Source: a virus | Lineage: Duplodnaviria; Heunggongvirae; Uroviricota; Caudoviricetes | Strand: one strand, 5' to 3' | IMG/VR virus record: IMGVR_UViG_3300042885_000900 | DNA: 64,000 nucleotides | In this document: positions 50,058 to 59,446 of the stretch, piece after piece | Position numbering within the stretch: the stretch's first letter is position 1 | Layout: every line of letters starts with the position of its first letter | Made by a program: the position numbers and the translations under genes | The notes under the pieces: model-generated | What the model was told of the DNA's origin: nothing | Database searches by the model: none | Seen by the model: only the letters and a program-made list of their open reading frames with translations

Positions 50058-50871
50058 ACCCAAAATAATCATAAAACCATTTATAGTGATTCTTAATATT
50101 GGTGGATAATTCATAACCCAATATATCCAAATAATCATCCGGTAATTTTCTAAATTCTTTTCTCAATACATGGTCACCATATATACCGTGAACAACATCA
50201 TTTTCGTTTGTCACCTGTTCGATATATTCAAAATTGTGTCCTTGATACATTGGTTGTCCAACATAGTCGTAAAATCGTTTTAATTCTCTTTCAGGGTTAT
50301 CCATTAAATCCTCATATCTAATAAATAAAATTTTAGTATGAAGTCCTTGTTGGAAGATATCTTGTAGTCGGTCTAATGTGACACCAACCGGTGGTCCACT
50401 AGCCCAAATATCAATTCGTTTATTTACAGTTGTTCCAACCAATTCGTTTGGGTTCTGTACATGACTTTCTTTGTGGGGGTTTTTTCTAAAGTTCTTTTCC
50501 ATTGAGGAATAGACACATCTGATGTCTCTAACCATACAAACAATCTTTGGGTCTTCTTTGAATAAACTCAATAGATTGTAATTAATACCCCACCCTCGAC
50601 TCTTATCTAACACATAGGGTTTATCTGTTAATTCCTCAAAGAATCCTTGAATCCCTTTTCTACAAAAATTAATGAATGCTTTTTCCATTAATTTAGGGTC
50701 TTGTGCTCTAATTTCTTGAGAACCATTATAATGATTTTTTGCTCCTGACACCAACTCAATTAATCCTGATGTTGGGGTTACGTAAAATTGGGGGTTTTGT
50801 CCGATTAAATTTTGAAATAGGGTTGAACCTGCTCTAGGTAGAGAAGAGTTAAAAAAGATTATCTTATCCAT
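50050..50871 (-). CDS. PAPS-dependent sulfotransferase
   Basis: SLPRAGSTL (5'-PSB loop), DKS, VRD...VYSS (3'-PB), IRYEDL..P. Confidence 0.88.
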   Translation of the reverse strand: MDKIIFFNSSLPRAGSTLFQNLIGQNPQFYVTPTSGLIELVSGAKNHYNGSQEIRAQDPKLMEKAFINFCRKGIQGFFEELTDKPYVLDKSRGWGINYNLLSLFKEDPKIVCMVRDIRCVYSSMEKNFRKNPHKESHVQNPNELVGTTVNKRIDIWASGPPVGVTLDRLQDIFQQGLHTKILFIRYEDLMDNPERELKRFYDYVGQPMYQGHNFEYIEQVTNENDVVHGIYGDHVLRKEFRKLPDDYLDILGYELSTNIKNHYKWFYDYFGYV

Positions 50872-50920
50872 AAATTATAACATATATTTGTGTTAATAAT
50901 AAACGGATATTGAATTGTTG

Positions 50921-50954
50921 TAAACCCTATTGAAGTAATTTTTAATAGGGTTTA
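50921..50954. other. Intergenic inverted repeat (11-bp stem)
   Basis: TAAACCCTATT...AATAGGGTTTA upstream of sulfotransferase; possible terminator of the fibre operon. Confidence 0.5.
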
Positions 50955-51012
50955 TTCGAAAAAATAAAGTGGTCTTGTCCTCTCCGACCAGCTAATTCCC
51001 GTAGCAACCACC

Positions 51013-51276
51013 TTATAGCAATATCGTTCCGATGATAGCTCCTAAGGTTGTGAAGGCGATGTCATAGTAATCAAAAGGGGCTTCGTGATATTTTCCATGG
51101 TACCATTCCCAAACAAATCCTATTACATATCCAAATAGACCTGCCACTATAAGTTGACCTATTTTCCCTATATCAAAGGAGGGGTCAAATTTGATTAGTA
51201 GCCAAATAATCGGCGTTACTGTTAAAATACCACCAAGTATGTGTAAGTGATATCGTTGTTTAAAAAAATTATTCAT
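51013..51276 (-). CDS. Small membrane protein (about three hydrophobic segments)
   Basis: 87 aa; H..G, WE, D...T..G pattern. Confidence 0.65.
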   Translation of the reverse strand: MNNFFKQRYHLHILGGILTVTPIIWLLIKFDPSFDIGKIGQLIVAGLFGYVIGFVWEWYHGKYHEAPFDYYDIAFTTLGAIIGTILL

Positions 51277-51280
51277 AATT

Positions 51281-51454
51281 TTAATTATTATTGTTTATAT
51301 AAGGTTGTTCATTATACCAAGTCCATCCTTCAACGGGGTAGGTGTAAGTATCTTTTAATTCTTTTACTAATGTGAAATCGGGGGCGTATACAAAGTTAGG
51401 TGCGTATAGCCAATAATTGTCTTCAAATTTATAAAATCCTGATGTATCTTCCAT
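51281..51454 (-). CDS. Small aromatic-rich protein (57 aa, missing from ORF track), possible fibre partner/chaperone
   Basis: MEDTSGFYKFEDNYWLYAPNFVYAPDFTLVKELKDTYTYPVEGWTWYNEQPYINNNN*; exactly fills the gap after the LRR gene. Confidence 0.75.
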   Translation of the reverse strand: MEDTSGFYKFEDNYWLYAPNFVYAPDFTLVKELKDTYTYPVEGWTWYNEQPYINNNN

Positions 51455-51469
51455 ATTTTTTTATTTATT

Positions 51470-53644
51470 TTATCCTGTTACCGTCCAACCTTTTCCGGTT
51501 GCGATACTTCTTGTACAAGTTGATGCTCCTGAACATCCTGTTATATTAATTGTTTTTGTTGTTACTGTTGTTAAATCACCAAATAAAGTGTTTAATGCTG
51601 CTGCAGATAAATCAGTGTACGATACGTTTATTTGTGGTGAAGTTCCTGTCCATTGTCCGGCACCTGTATTAAGAAGTCTTAAACCACTTAATTTACTAAA
51701 GTTTGTTGCACTGGAACCATTAATCGCTAATGCCGAGAAGGGACAACTAAAACTTAACGATGGTAATTTGTTAGATTGAGTAATGGCTGTAGCACCTACT
51801 AACGGTGTCGCAGTTAGACTACCTAATTTATCTAAATTATTTATTGTTGTTAAATTAGGGCATTGGGCAAAAACCGATGTTAATACAGTTAATAGTGATG
51901 TTTGAGTTGTTGGTAATGTCAATGTTTGTAAATTAACACATTGTAAGAATGCCGATGAAAAGGTTGTTAAAGATGTAGAAACTGTTACTGGCATTGTTAT
52001 GGAAGTTAATAACCAACAACCATTAAAGGTACTAGCAAAAGTTGTACAAGCGTTCATACTAGTTGGCATTGTAACTGAGGTTAGAGATTCACAAGTATTA
52101 AAGCAGTTAGTGGCGGTAGTTACCAAATTCATTGTTGATGGAAAAGTTACACCAGTGAGTGATAAACAATTCTGAAATGTTCCTGATAATGAAGTGGCTG
52201 CGGTCATACTAGTCGGTAGAGTTATTGATTCTAATTTAGTACATCCATTACACATTGATGTCATTAAAGTAATGCTGTTTTGAGTGTTATTTGGAAGAAC
52301 TATCGTTTTTAAATTAACACAATCTACAAAAGCACTATTCAAACTAGTTATTGTCCATCCAGATGGTATTGTTATTGATTCAAGAGAAATACAACTATCA
52401 AACATTAACACCATTGTTATTGTTGCACCAACTGTTGTTGGTAAAGTAAGTGATGTTAATCTATAACAATTAACGAAACAACTGGTTAAAACAGTTAAAT
52501 TCGGCATCGCCGATTGAAAAGTAACATTTGTTAATGAATAACACCCACTAAAGGCTGTTGACATTGTTGAAGCATTAAAACTTGTCGGAAAAGTTATGTT
52601 TTTTAAATTATTACATCCCTGAAATGAGGTTGTTCCATTATATACCGCATTACCAGAACAAGTGGGTGGAAAATATACGTTTTGTAAACTGTAACTAGAA
52701 GCAAAACAGTTAGTAATATCAACAGCTACACTACTCACTGGTGATGGTAATGCTGTGAATTTAACCCACTGCAGTGAGCGACAAGACTCAAATGCGCTCT
52801 CTAAACTTGTTAATAAGTTAATACTAGGTAAGGTAATATTTTTTAAACTATCACAGTTTTGAAATGCTGTTAGTAGGGTTGTACAACTATTCAATGTTGT
52901 TGGGAAGGATATTGTCCTAAGATTTTTACAATTATTAAATGTTAGAGTTAAGTTGGTTATGGTAGTGGCGTTTGATGGTAGTACTATATCTCGTAGATTA
53001 GTACAACCATTACACATGCTTGTTAAATTAGTTAATGAATTGGCGGATGTTGGCATCACAATTTTGTATAAACCACCACAATTCATAAACATAGCAGTCA
53101 TTTGAGTTGTCCAAGCAACTGAAGAAGGAAGTTTTACATATTCCAATAATTCAAAAGTGGAAACTGAAGTTGTACCACCAGCAGAAGAAAAATAAGTACC
53201 GGTTAATTCTGTTGTATTACAAGTGTTATCCCCAAAATACACCTCTAACAATCCAACATTATAGTAAACACCACCTCCGGTAACTGTAAAATTAGATAGA
53301 TGTTTGGTATTAGTTATGACACAGGTTGCGTCTCCATATATTCTTATTTTAAATGTGTTATACCCTCTAGAACAAGGTGTACCTCCGGTTGAATAGACAT
53401 GTTCGGTTGTTACAGAAGTAGTGGTTGATATTGTATCTACAGTACCATCACCCCAATCTATATAAATATTTCCTGATGTTCTTGTGAATGTTGTTTGAAT
53501 GGCGAACGCCTTTGCCCCTGTATCGGCAACTAAAAACTGAACCTCATTTGCGGTGTCAGTAATTGTTATCCAATCAGGTGGTCTTACCCAATCAGAAGGT
53601 GTGTCAATTGGTGCTATTGAATTTATTGGTACGTTAAAAGCCAT
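51470..53644 (-). CDS. BspA-type leucine-rich repeat protein, putative receptor-binding protein
   Basis: WVRPPDW and IDWGDG N-terminus, many F..C..L..I.LP repeats of about 24 aa, terminal IATGKGWTV. Confidence 0.8.
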   Translation of the reverse strand: MAFNVPINSIAPIDTPSDWVRPPDWITITDTANEVQFLVADTGAKAFAIQTTFTRTSGNIYIDWGDGTVDTISTTTSVTTEHVYSTGGTPCSRGYNTFKIRIYGDATCVITNTKHLSNFTVTGGGVYYNVGLLEVYFGDNTCNTTELTGTYFSSAGGTTSVSTFELLEYVKLPSSVAWTTQMTAMFMNCGGLYKIVMPTSANSLTNLTSMCNGCTNLRDIVLPSNATTITNLTLTFNNCKNLRTISFPTTLNSCTTLLTAFQNCDSLKNITLPSINLLTSLESAFESCRSLQWVKFTALPSPVSSVAVDITNCFASSYSLQNVYFPPTCSGNAVYNGTTSFQGCNNLKNITFPTSFNASTMSTAFSGCYSLTNVTFQSAMPNLTVLTSCFVNCYRLTSLTLPTTVGATITMVLMFDSCISLESITIPSGWTITSLNSAFVDCVNLKTIVLPNNTQNSITLMTSMCNGCTKLESITLPTSMTAATSLSGTFQNCLSLTGVTFPSTMNLVTTATNCFNTCESLTSVTMPTSMNACTTFASTFNGCWLLTSITMPVTVSTSLTTFSSAFLQCVNLQTLTLPTTQTSLLTVLTSVFAQCPNLTTINNLDKLGSLTATPLVGATAITQSNKLPSLSFSCPFSALAINGSSATNFSKLSGLRLLNTGAGQWTGTSPQINVSYTDLSAAALNTLFGDLTTVTTKTINITGCSGASTCTRSIATGKGWTVTG

Positions 53645-53721
53645 TTAATTACGTTGTTTGTGTTGTTAATGATTTGTCAGTTATTGTTAAATATTTTTTA
53701 ATATAAATTATATCGTTTAAT

Positions 53722-56700
53722 TTAGTCACAAATAGTTAAAATGTTTCCTATAACTCCTAGATTATTAATTGGATAACCACTCGTAATACTTGTTCCGATA
53801 TTAATGACGTTATTACCAACGTCCAATGGGGTAGTTAACGTAATATCGGAGTAAACGGTAATTCCTGGTTCAAAAACTGATGAGAGTGAATAACCTGTAT
53901 AGATGTTACCACCACAATTTGATAAAATAAGTGTAGTTGCTCCCAAATTTGTTGATGTTATTACTATATCTACCGTCATATTCGCGTCAGGCGGAAATTG
54001 AGAATAAAATGTTGCCACTCCTGACGCTACTCCCACATATGGTAATACTTGTGCGTTATACGCTGTTAGATAACTTGCGTTTTGTGGTGTAACAGATACA
54101 TCACAATTTGCGGTAATATTTACATTACTAAATGAATATGTGTAATATCCTGACACTAATGTCCACGATGCTGCGGTTAATGTTTGACCTGTAAGTTTAA
54201 TTGGTGTTGAACCTCCACCACCTGAACTTGTTCCGCTAGTACCTGCCATTCCTGATGTTCCGCTAGAACCAGAACCACCGGCAGTTGTTGTAACTAGTAA
54301 ACCATTTGAACCAACACAGATTGAACATCCTGATGAACTTGCGAAACTACATACAGATAAGTCATTAACAAATGTTGTGCAAGCTCTATTTGCTGTTATA
54401 TTACTACCTATGATATTGGTACATGTAAAACTTGATGATATAGTGTTATTTCTACCACCAAGTATTGATGAATAAAGTGAACAAGCACTATTACATAAAC
54501 CACCAGCAATCGTTGAAGAACTCCCTTGATTAATATTACAATACCCTCCACCAATTGATGAAAAGAAACCTTGAGCATTATTTTTAGACCCCCCACCAAT
54601 TGTTGAACAAGCACCTGTTGCGCAGTTTCTATATCCACCACCAATGGTTGATAATCTACCCGAATCACAGCAAACAATTGTTCCGGTTAATAAACCTCCT
54701 GTTGAGAATGTTCCTCCTGATGTGTTGTGTCCAATACCTCCACCAATTGTCACCCCTAAAGAACAATATTCATTTGTTGGTGATTGGATAATATTTCTAT
54801 GTCCCCCACCTATAGATGCCATTCTAGTATTTGTTATATTACAATAACCACCATTAACGCTAATAAACGAACCACATGTGCAGTTACATTTTCCTCCACT
54901 AATGACTGAATTACAACTTACAGTAGAACCATACGCACCTCTTACTTTATTTTGACTACCACCACCAATAGTTCCAAATATGTTATTACCAAAACTACAA
55001 TTCAGACATCCACCACCAATGAATATATATGATGTTTGACCATAATTTAATTTTCCGCCTACAACAGATGTGTAACAACTAGAAACACAGTTTCTACATC
55101 CTCCACCAATAAATGAACGAGTTCCTGACGATATATTACATTGACCACCAACAATTGTTGAAAAACATGTTGATACGGTATTTCCGCTACCCGCTAATGC
55201 CGCTGAGAAACACGATGTTGCAGTATTACTGACACCACATCTAATAGTTGAATTAACACCTGTTCCGGTAATGATTATACCACCCCCTCCTGCAGTTGTT
55301 GTAACTAGTAAACCATTTGAACCAACACAGATTGAACATCCTGATGAACTTGCGAAACTACATACAGATAAATCATTAACAAATGTGGTACATGCTCTGT
55401 TTGCGGTTATATTACTACCAATAATATTGGTATTTGTAAACGCTGATGATATAGTATTAAGACAACCACCAAGGATTGATGAACAACTACCATTAACGGT
55501 ATTTCTTGTACCACCACCGATAAACGATGTTGTTCCTGATGCTATATTACCTATACCACCACCAATGGTGCTACCACAACCACCGGCAGTATTTCTAATA
55601 ACAGAAATTGAATAAGAATCACTTAATACACACATTCCACCTCCACCAATTGTCGAATAATTACCTTTGGCGTAATTTCCTTGACCCCCACCAATTGTTG
55701 AGTAAAGTCCACAAGCAACATTATTACATATTACATAAGAACCTATATTAACTGTGTCTTCTATAACTCGACTTTTACCACCACCAATTGTCGAGCCATT
55801 TCCTAACGCTTTATTTCCACCACCACCACCAATAGTTGAAAAATCCCCTATGGCTTCATTAGTCGTTCTTCTTGTGTATCCATAACCACTGTTAATCCTT
55901 ATCTCACCACCCCCACCAATAGTGCTTAAATATCCAATAGCTTTATTACATCTACCACCACCAATTGTAGATGTATGTCCTGATGCAAAATTTATAATAC
56001 CACCACCGATTGTTGAATGATTACCTTTAGCGTAATTTCCACCACCACCACCTATAGTTGATAAACACCCTATGGTTTTATTATTACACATTGTTAAGGT
56101 ATTTGGTTGATAATCGTCGACTTGCCAAACAAATACACCACCACCACCAATTGTTGATGTATGTCCTGATGCATAATTTCCTCCACCTCCACCTATGGTT
56201 GAGAACTGTCCTGAAGCTATATTATATTTAACTATATTAGAACAATAAGAGTTTCCTGAACAAGAAAATCTTCCACCACCACCAATTACAGAATAACAAC
56301 TGGTTATAGTATTTAAATAACCACCACCAATTGTTGAGTAAGTCGCATTAACACAAAGTTTATTACCATAACCACCCGATATAGTTCCTAGTCCAGATAA
56401 AACACGATTACAATAACCACCACCAATGAATGACCTACTACCTGAAATTATATTATCAACACCACCACCAATAAATGAGATACTTCCAAACTCACAAATT
56501 ACATTACCTATACCACCAACAATTGATGATGTACTTCCTGATACACTATTAAGAGTACCACCAACAATTGATGAGGCACCTCCTGATACGGTATTATTTT
56601 TACCCCCAACAATTGATGAACAACTACCACTTAAAGTGATTGTATTTCCACTACCACCTAATGCTGCCGAAAAATTTCCTGATGCGGTATTTCCAACACC

Positions 56701-58416
56701 ACATCTAATAGTTGAATTAACACCTGTTCCTGTAATGATTATACCACCCCCACCTATTGGACTTGTTCCACTTGTTCCAGCAATTCCGTTTGCTCCTGAG
56801 GTTCCTGAAGAACCGCTAGAGCCATAAACAGCTCCAAGAGTTGTTACCACATAAGAATAATACTGTATCCCTTCCGTATACCAAGTAACTGGATGATTAC
56901 CACTTGATTGGTCAACCACATATATTTTAACAATCATTCTATCGGTAGGAAGAATATAAAATGATGTTGGTATTACTAAATCTACATATACTTCAACAGG
57001 TAGGACAGAACTAATCCAAGGAATTAACACTTGATTAGTTTGTAATGGACTACCACTATATGGTGTTCCTGTAGAATCGGCTAATTGTATTGTACAGAAT
57101 GTGTCTGTATTAAATCCTTGACCTCCCTTTAAGAAATGTAAATGAAATCTTTGTAGTCCAGGTGGAATAACAGTAACATCCAATCCTGACGCATTGGTGA
57201 TAAATTCTTGAACTAATACAGGTGTTGCCCCATTAGTTGTTCTTGTTATTGTTTCTCCGGTTGATGATGTTGGTAATATATCAATCTGTTTATACGATAA
57301 AGGTGTTTGGGTTACAGATTCATTAAAATAGAATATTTGACCTGATGAAACTCCACTAACACCTGAAGAACCACTAGTACCTGAAGAACCACTAGTGCCT
57401 GAAGAACCGCTAGTACCTGATGTTCCGTCAATACCGCTAGTACCTGATGAGCCTGATGTTCCATCTATACCGCTAGTACCTGATGAGCCTGATGTTCCTG
57501 AAGAACCGCTAGTACCTGATGAGCCTGATGTTCCATCTATACCGCTAGTACCTGATGAGCCTGATGTTCCTGAAGAACCGCTAGTACCTGATGAGCCTGA
57601 TGTTCCATCTATACCGCTAGTACCTGATGAGCCTGATGTTCCGTCTATACCGCTAGTGCCTGAAGAGCCTGATGTTCCATCTATACCATTGGTACCGGAT
57701 GTCCCACTAGACCCTGAAGAACCACTGGTTCCATCAACTCCGCTAGTTCCTGATGTACCATCAATTCCGGTCGCTTCGATAGATACTGTCGCCCCATCAT
57801 TCCTATATAAATCTAAAGTAGATGTTGCTGAAAAATAAGTTCCTCCCGTAACATATACATCTTGTATTGCTGTTGCAAACTTTCTCCATCTAGCATTAAT
57901 TCTAATAACTCCATCAACACCCTCAATTGTTGACCCCGTCCAAGTATCAATAAATAATTGACCTTCTGTTGAGTTATTTTTAACTGTTGTACCAAAATCA
58001 GAAACAACAACAGTGTTACCACCAGGTCCTGAAGCTCCTAAAGCGTCAGACCATAATGTATTATAATTATCTATCGAAAATTGATATACTTGGTCTGTTT
58101 CATATACATAAACCAACATACCCAATCTTCTTCTACCTGATGAGATATTATCAGAATTTAATGTTAGCGTGTCAAATGAAAACGAAGAATTAATCCCTTT
58201 ATAAAATTGGATAGGAATAGTATTACCCGAAAATTCAATATCACCATTATCACCAAAAGGTATTGTGTAAATTAAATCATTTAAGGTGTAAACCTCCATA
58301 AAACCACCCGTATTTAAAACACTAAATGTTGTTCCAAATGTGCTAGTTCTTAATGAAGATTGACTCCCTAAGGCTATTATTGGTGATAACGGATTTTTAT
58401 AATTTAAGTTAGACAT
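53722..58416 (-). CDS. Tail-fibre-like protein with collagen-like G-X-Y (SGT/SGS/DGT) tract and Cys-rich STIGGG repeats
   Basis: RRLGMLVYV N-terminal motif; about 45 Gly-X-Y triplets at 57340-57770; dozens of S-T-I-G-G-G..N repeats. Confidence 0.8.
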   Translation of the reverse strand: MSNLNYKNPLSPIIALGSQSSLRTSTFGTTFSVLNTGGFMEVYTLNDLIYTIPFGDNGDIEFSGNTIPIQFYKGINSSFSFDTLTLNSDNISSGRRRLGMLVYVYETDQVYQFSIDNYNTLWSDALGASGPGGNTVVVSDFGTTVKNNSTEGQLFIDTWTGSTIEGVDGVIRINARWRKFATAIQDVYVTGGTYFSATSTLDLYRNDGATVSIEATGIDGTSGTSGVDGTSGSSGSSGTSGTNGIDGTSGSSGTSGIDGTSGSSGTSGIDGTSGSSGTSGSSGTSGSSGTSGIDGTSGSSGTSGSSGTSGSSGTSGIDGTSGSSGTSGIDGTSGTSGSSGTSGSSGTSGSSGVSGVSSGQIFYFNESVTQTPLSYKQIDILPTSSTGETITRTTNGATPVLVQEFITNASGLDVTVIPPGLQRFHLHFLKGGQGFNTDTFCTIQLADSTGTPYSGSPLQTNQVLIPWISSVLPVEVYVDLVIPTSFYILPTDRMIVKIYVVDQSSGNHPVTWYTEGIQYYSYVVTTLGAVYGSSGSSGTSGANGIAGTSGTSPIGGGGIIITGTGVNSTIRCGVGNTASGNFSAALGGSGNTITLSGSCSSIVGGKNNTVSGGASSIVGGTLNSVSGSTSSIVGGIGNVICEFGSISFIGGGVDNIISGSRSFIGGGYCNRVLSGLGTISGGYGNKLCVNATYSTIGGGYLNTITSCYSVIGGGGRFSCSGNSYCSNIVKYNIASGQFSTIGGGGGNYASGHTSTIGGGGVFVWQVDDYQPNTLTMCNNKTIGCLSTIGGGGGNYAKGNHSTIGGGIINFASGHTSTIGGGRCNKAIGYLSTIGGGGEIRINSGYGYTRRTTNEAIGDFSTIGGGGGNKALGNGSTIGGGKSRVIEDTVNIGSYVICNNVACGLYSTIGGGQGNYAKGNYSTIGGGGMCVLSDSYSISVIRNTAGGCGSTIGGGIGNIASGTTSFIGGGTRNTVNGSCSSILGGCLNTISSAFTNTNIIGSNITANRACTTFVNDLSVCSFASSSGCSICVGSNGLLVTTTAGGGGIIITGTGVNSTIRCGVSNTATSCFSAALAGSGNTVSTCFSTIVGGQCNISSGTRSFIGGGCRNCVSSCYTSVVGGKLNYGQTSYIFIGGGCLNCSFGNNIFGTIGGGSQNKVRGAYGSTVSCNSVISGGKCNCTCGSFISVNGGYCNITNTRMASIGGGHRNIIQSPTNEYCSLGVTIGGGIGHNTSGGTFSTGGLLTGTIVCCDSGRLSTIGGGYRNCATGACSTIGGGSKNNAQGFFSSIGGGYCNINQGSSSTIAGGLCNSACSLYSSILGGRNNTISSSFTCTNIIGSNITANRACTTFVNDLSVCSFASSSGCSICVGSNGLLVTTTAGGSGSSGTSGMAGTSGTSSGGGGSTPIKLTGQTLTAASWTLVSGYYTYSFSNVNITANCDVSVTPQNASYLTAYNAQVLPYVGVASGVATFYSQFPPDANMTVDIVITSTNLGATTLILSNCGGNIYTGYSLSSVFEPGITVYSDITLTTPLDVGNNVINIGTSITSGYPINNLGVIGNILTICD
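54281..55371 (-). repeat. 80-bp perfect intragenic direct repeat
   Basis: 54281-54360 equals 55292-55371 (LSVCSFASSSGCSICVGSNGLLVTTTA). Confidence 0.9.
57340..57770 (-). repeat. 9-bp-period coding tandem repeat (collagen-like)
   Basis: Recurring ACCGCTAGT/ACCTGATGA/GCCTGATGT units with higher-order 27 and 63 bp blocks. Confidence 0.9.
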
Positions 58417-58433
58417 ATTTTGATAATTATTTG

Positions 58434-59435
58434 TTACGAAGAAACAGTATTTCCTCTGAAATAAATACTTTGGTTATTGTTTAATGCAAAGATTCTATTT
58501 GGAAAAGTTGTGTAAACTTTATATGTTGTTGGTGGAATTGTGCCACCACTATATGTGAAAGTATAAGTGTTAATTGCTCTTTCTGTATTCACCGTAACTA
58601 ATGAATTAGGGTCACCATCACTATTCACATCAATCGCCGTTTGTGTTTCATTATTTGTTAATGAAATTGGTATTATCCAAGTATACCAAGCCGATACCGG
58701 AATTGTCTGTTCAAATACTTCTGTTGTTAAGAAATTGTATCTAACAATTGGATTACCAAAAGTGTCGAATCCACCACTTTGTTGTGGAACTGATTGTCTA
58801 ATAACTGACGGGAATAAACCGCTAGTCCAACCACTAAAATCAACATAACGATTCATATCAATGTTGAATTGTGTTTGGTTTTGATTTGGCTGACTATTAT
58901 TTGTGAAACCAAAGAAATTAGAACCACCATCAAACATCCATTGACCTATATTAGTTGCTCCCGATATTGGCTCAATAAATAAATGAGCAAAATAAACAGG
59001 TGTTGGTGTTGGTGTTGGTGTTTGAGTCGGAGTTTGAGTTGGTGTTCTTGTTGGTGACGCTCCTGGCGTATGTGTAATTGTTGGTGTTGGTGTTCTTGTC
59101 GGTGTTTGAGATGGAACCGGACAAGGGTCGTAAGTTGGTGTAACCGTTGGTGTTGCTGTGGGTGTTGGAGTTTGAGTTTTTGTGGTTGTAGGTGTAGGTG
59201 TTACCGTAGGTGTTGGCATTGGAACATTTAAAATGTTTGGGCAATCACTATCCAATACTAATATAGTATAAGTTCCATATACACCTCTAGGTGGTGTTAA
59301 TAATCCGGGAACAAATAAATAAGGTAACTCTTGATTACCCAAATTAATAACAACAATTTCGTTATAAGGTTTGAATAAAATATTTGCTACTTCTCCATCG
59401 TAATTAACACTTTTTATCGTTATTGATTGTGACAT
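58434..59435 (-). CDS. Structural protein with long Pro/Thr linker
   Basis: 333 aa; about 75-residue (TP)n tract between two beta-rich domains. Confidence 0.7.
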   Translation of the reverse strand: MSQSITIKSVNYDGEVANILFKPYNEIVVINLGNQELPYLFVPGLLTPPRGVYGTYTILVLDSDCPNILNVPMPTPTVTPTPTTTKTQTPTPTATPTVTPTYDPCPVPSQTPTRTPTPTITHTPGASPTRTPTQTPTQTPTPTPTPVYFAHLFIEPISGATNIGQWMFDGGSNFFGFTNNSQPNQNQTQFNIDMNRYVDFSGWTSGLFPSVIRQSVPQQSGGFDTFGNPIVRYNFLTTEVFEQTIPVSAWYTWIIPISLTNNETQTAIDVNSDGDPNSLVTVNTERAINTYTFTYSGGTIPPTTYKVYTTFPNRIFALNNNQSIYFRGNTVSS

Positions 59436-59446
59436 TTATAATATGT

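Noticed and set aside
50058-50138. ORF-track N-terminal extension of APS kinase
   Set aside because: Overlaps sulfotransferase; kinase fold starts at ATG 50057.
32429-50871. Glycosyltransferases as DNA hypermodification enzymes
   Set aside because: Not excluded for every gene, but no base hydroxymethylase or nucleotide-modifying genes are present here, and GT60, GT11 and AAH/TibC-like families point to protein or glycan acceptors.
57395-57838. Plus-strand PDEPDVP repeat ORF, and other short antisense or alternate-frame ORFs (e.g. 1342, 4657, 8563, 55271, 56426, 58972, 61042)
   Set aside because: Lie wholly within long, motif-bearing genes; by-products of repeat and codon bias.
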